Source of the DNA: Macrostomum lignano
Taxonomy: Eukaryota
Direction: 5' to 3'
Assembly (NCBI GenBank): GCA_002269645.1
Contig: NIVC01001355.1
Location: 1 to 64,000 of the forward strand
DNA: 64,000 bases
Each line of letters begins with the position of its first letter. The first letter of the stretch is position 1. Below, in pieces: positions 43,520 through 64,000 of the stretch. The translations under genes and the position numbers were made by a program. The notes beneath the pieces are model-generated. The model was given only the letters and a program-made list of their open reading frames with translations, was not told where the DNA came from and ran no database searches.

Positions 43520-44035
43520 TCCTCAAAATCTCACACTATGTGTGTCAAAATTCCTCAAAATCTCACACTCTAAGAGTGTCAAAATTCCTCAAAATCTCAC
43601 ACTCTAAGAGTGTCAAAATTCCTCAAAATCTCACACTCTAAGAGTGTCAAAATTCCTCAAAATCTAACACTCTAAGAGTGTCAAAATTCCTCAAAATCTC
43701 ACACTCTAAGAGTGTCAAAATTCCTCAAAATCTCACACTCTAAGAGTGTCAAAATTCCTCAAAATCTCACACTCCAAGAGTGTCAAAATTCCTCAAAATC
43801 TCACACTCTAAGAGTGTCAAAATTCCTCAAAATCTCACACTCTAAGTGTGTCAAATTCCTCAAAATCTCACACTCTAAGAGTGACAAAATTCCTCAAAAC
43901 CTCACACTCTAAGAGTGTCAAAATTCCTCAAAATCTCACACTCTAAGAGTGTCAAAATTCCTCAAAATCTCACACTCTAAGTGTGTCAAATCCTTAAAAT
44001 CTCACACTCTAACTGTGTCAAATCCTCAAAATTTC
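43520..44035. repeat. 34-bp minisatellite (CAAAATTCCTCAAAATCTCACACTCTAAGAGTGT)
   Basis: Direct inspection. Confidence 0.9.
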
Positions 44036-44186
44036 ATAACCCAAGCCTGAACTCTCACAGAGCAAAGCGAAAAGGCCTCAAAACAGTCCAGTCGGTCACC
44101 ATGCAGGGTCACATACAAAAAGTGGCAATGGCGGGTTACTGCAGGACAAGCGCCTGAAAAAGAAACAGTCATTCACTCTCTCTTCT

Positions 44187-60720
<16,534 letters not shown>

Positions 60721-60789
60721 CTGAAATTGGAGAAAGAGTGTCATTAAAGTTATTCAAATATGCTTTTGGAAATTACACGGGAAAGCTGA

Positions 60790-61145
60790 GACATAGACAA
60801 CAGCCGTTGCCCAGCAGACAGAATAGAGCCACGGAAGGAGGGGCTGGGCCATAGACAACAGCCATTGCCCAGCAGACAGAACAAAGCCACGGAAGGAGGG
60901 GCTGGGCCATAGACAACAGCCGTTGCCCAGCAGACAGAATAAAGCCACGGAAGGAGGGGCTGGGCCATAGACAACAGCCATTGCCCAGCAGACAGAACAA
61001 AGCCACGGAAGGAGGGGCTGGGCCATAGACAACAGCCGTTGCCCAGCAGACAGAATAAAGCCACGGAACGAGGGGCTGGGCCATAGACAACAGCCGTTGC
61101 CCAGCAGACAGAATAAAGCCACGGAACGAGGGGCTGGGCCATAGA
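60790..61145. repeat. 58-bp minisatellite (CCATAGACAACAGCCGTTGCCCAGCAGACAGAATAAAGCCACGGAAGGAGGGGCTGGG), ~6 copies
   Basis: Direct inspection. Confidence 0.95.
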
Positions 61146-61230
61146 TGGCACAATTTGACATGACATTCTGGCATGTGTTCACATCACAGCCAAATCAAGA
61201 AACCAGGTAAAGTGGCTCGCTTGATGAAGA

Positions 61231-61406
61231 GTAGATAAATAAAGGTAAATATCAACATGAAGTATTATTTGAGTTGCCGATGCATTTCGTCCATTTGCAT
61301 TAGGACATCGTCAGGGTCTTTTTATTTAAGAAATAAAGGTAAATATCAACATGAAGTATTATTTGAGTTGCCTTTTGATATTTGATATTTACCTTTATTT
61401 ATCTAC
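61231..61406. mobile_element. Short TIR element (MITE-like, possibly TA-targeting)
   Basis: Perfect 25-bp inverted ends GTAGATAAATAAAGGTAAATATCAA / TTGATATTTACCTTTATTTATCTAC, with an internal 42-bp direct duplication. Confidence 0.6.
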
Positions 61407-63339
61407 AAATCAAGAAACAGTCAATAGTATGCAATTCTAATGCAAAATAGGCACTCCCCAGTTTTACATAACAAACAGCAGCAGTAGTGTTTAGTTTATA
61501 ACCAAGATCTAAAAAAACCGAGGAATTGAAGCGTTTAATCATTTTTTTTATATTCCCACCCTCCTTGACAGATGGATAAATTGAGAATAAGACTAATAGG
61601 GGAGTCGTATTGAGAACCAAGAGGGGGGTGAGAGAGTGGGGGAGAAATAGTAAGGGCTTATATATCGATAAGCTAAGGGAATATATGCGGAATAGACCAG
61701 GGGGGCGTAGAGAGAGAGAGAGAGAGAGAAGTGCGAGCCAAGGAGACCAAGAGGCGCAGCTCTTCCCCAAAGCGCACATTTTTGACACGAGTAGGCTGAC
61801 TGCCAGCTTTTCAGTCTGCTCAAAGCACAGATCAACAATGAGTTTCTCTGCGATCTTTTGATTAAAACCATCACAGAATCTTCTTGTGATGAAACTCGCC
61901 TATGTCAGGTATAACTCCTGGCATTCAAGGTGATGCGATTTTTGGCTGGTTTCAAAATGTTTTGACGCAAATCAAAGTTTTTAAGCTGTCGCTCCAGGTT
62001 TTGTTACCAGGCCTCCCTGTACTATTGCGCGGCTCCTTGGTGCATGGGGATTCAAGTTACCCGATGGGAGTTTGTGCTTCATGCCCGTAGCATAAAATTA
62101 TCATTTCTAATTCCAATGCCTAGAAAGCAGTTGGGGTGCGAGGACGCCTCATCCCCTGCCTCCCTCTCCCTCCCTCCAGTCTCCTTAGCTCCGCCCCCTA
62201 TCTCAAAGGCTTAGACAGAGAAGTGCACCCACCGAACGATGCAAATGCTTTGCGCTTGCAATGCAACTCTATGGGAGTTATAAACTAGCCAGACAGACAC
62301 AGGAACGTGCATACTGATAGTAACTCCCGCACCCTTCCCTACGGTGCACGTCTCGATATAGAGGGGAGTTTGCTCTTTGAAAAAAAATGGAAATGAAGTG
62401 GAAGTTGACTGGCGCCACTTCCCTATTGGACTTTCTCCCTCATCTGAGAGGTAACCAGACTGGCTAGCTCAGGCCAGTGTGTTGTTGCTGAAGAAAAAAT
62501 TCAATAATTTTCACTATAAAAACTAAGGACCCTAAAAGCTGGCGGCAGCAAAAATTGATTCCTCGAGAGCCGCAAATAATCTGCTAGATTCTTATTGTCT
62601 GGACGCTGCAGACGCCGCTGCTCCAGCGCTCGCATAGTGAGCAGCGACACTCTTGCAGTCATTTGGAATGCAAATCGCGTCTCGCTCATGACGGGGACCA
62701 TAGACAAGGCGATTAGAAAGTCAAAGCTTTTGATGTTGCCTTGACCCTGCTCGGAGACACAAACTCACGCGAGTTGTGATATCTATCGAAACATTGGTCT
62801 CGCCGTCCAGAGCTTATCTAGAATGTTTTGCTCAGCCAATCGACCTTGAGTCGTTCGTTCTGTTCTCTGCTTCACTGTTTGGAAGAATTGTCTGTTCCAT
62901 ATCTCCAGTGCTCACTGCGTTCAGTGCACAGAGAGAGAGAGAGAGAGAGAATAGAGGGGAGAGCTCTGCAATCCGGGCAAAGAGAAAAAGTAAATAATTT
63001 CCATTCATGGAATAGTACTGCATCCTGCATCATCGCTGCAGACTAATCAGTAGTTTTTATTTTACAACTCAGCTGACTGACAGCTTAAATACCGGATGCA
63101 GTGCTGCGCTCAGCAAATATTGGCTTATGCCATAGTCATAGTCATTGATCAAACTGGCACCAAAGCGTGGTGACCCATGACTCATCGCATTACCAGTCAG
63201 AGTTCCTTGTGAACCAATCATTATCCAATACAGCAGTAGGCATTGTAACAAAAAGCAATTGTGTCTGCTGCACGCTAAAACAGCTGTTTAAATAATTTCT
63301 AGTATATGGAATGCACAAGCCTTAGTCAGACACTAACAC

Positions 63340-63930
63340 ATACACACACACACCACACCATTCACACACTGCACCACACCATTCACACACTGCACCACAC
63401 CATTCACGCACTGCACCACACCATTCACACACTGCACCACACCATTCACACACTGCACCACACCATTCACACACTGCACCACACCATTCACACACTGCAC
63501 CACACCATTCACACACTGCACCACACATACACACACACACCACACCATTCACACACTGCACCACACCATTCACACACTGCACCACACCATTCACACACTG
63601 CACCACACCATTCACACACTGCACCACATCATTCACACACTGCACCACACCATTCACACACTGCACCACACCATTCAGACACACACCACACCATTCACAC
63701 ACTGCACCACACCATTCACACACTGCACCACACCATTCACACACTGCACCACACCATTCACACACTGCACCACACCATTCACACACTACACCACACCATT
63801 CACACACTGCACCACACCATTCACACACTGCACCACACCATTCACACACTGCACCACACCATTCACACACTGCACCACACCATTCACACACCAACAAACA
63901 CCTAGTCACACACTGCACCACACCATACAC
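63340..63930. repeat. 21-bp (CACACCATTCACACACTGCAC)n
   Basis: Direct inspection. Confidence 0.95.
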
Positions 63931-64000
63931 ACACTAATCAACACCTAGTCACACACTGTACCACACCATTCACACTAACCAATACCTAGTCACACACTGT

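Noticed and set aside
61593-63251. Upstream CADPS exons in ORFs 61593-61874, 62501-62707 and 63069-63251
   Set aside because: None matches the expected N-terminal CAPS sequence (e.g. LYEMFQ…LDNPDEQAAQIRRE). Those exons are probably beyond the window.

Overview
Eukaryotic (animal) genomic DNA, not prokaryotic: spliced genes with GC-rich exons and introns filled with tandem repeats. The style resembles the flatworm Macrostomum, but that is an inference and is not provable from this window. All well-supported genes are on the minus strand. They are an intronless divergent 7TM/GPCR with a 1-nt frameshift (2691-3667), a 5-exon CXorf65/C22orf15-like gene (6108-8480), a 4-exon calponin/transgelin-family gene (12549-14920), and an 8-exon DUF4140+DUF4139 (F37C4.5-like) gene (17458-30889). 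A large Glu/Pro/Gln-repeat exon (37729-39593) probably splices onto that last gene as its N-terminus. The 3' eleven coding exons of CAPS/CADPS/unc-31 (44187-60720) follow; two consecutive exons are each one base short, and one intron is GC-AG. Mobile DNA comprises an RT-deleted LOA/R1-like LINE, two tRNA-derived SINEs with related fragments, a hAT-type MITE with a perfect 8-bp TSD, and a second TIR element. About 30 distinct micro/minisatellite arrays explain most long ORFs in the ORF track, which are artefacts. I found no CRISPR array, rRNA or true tRNA, and no clearly new multi-gene system. The best leads are the acidic-repeat DUF4139 fusion and the one-intron-one-minisatellite architecture.
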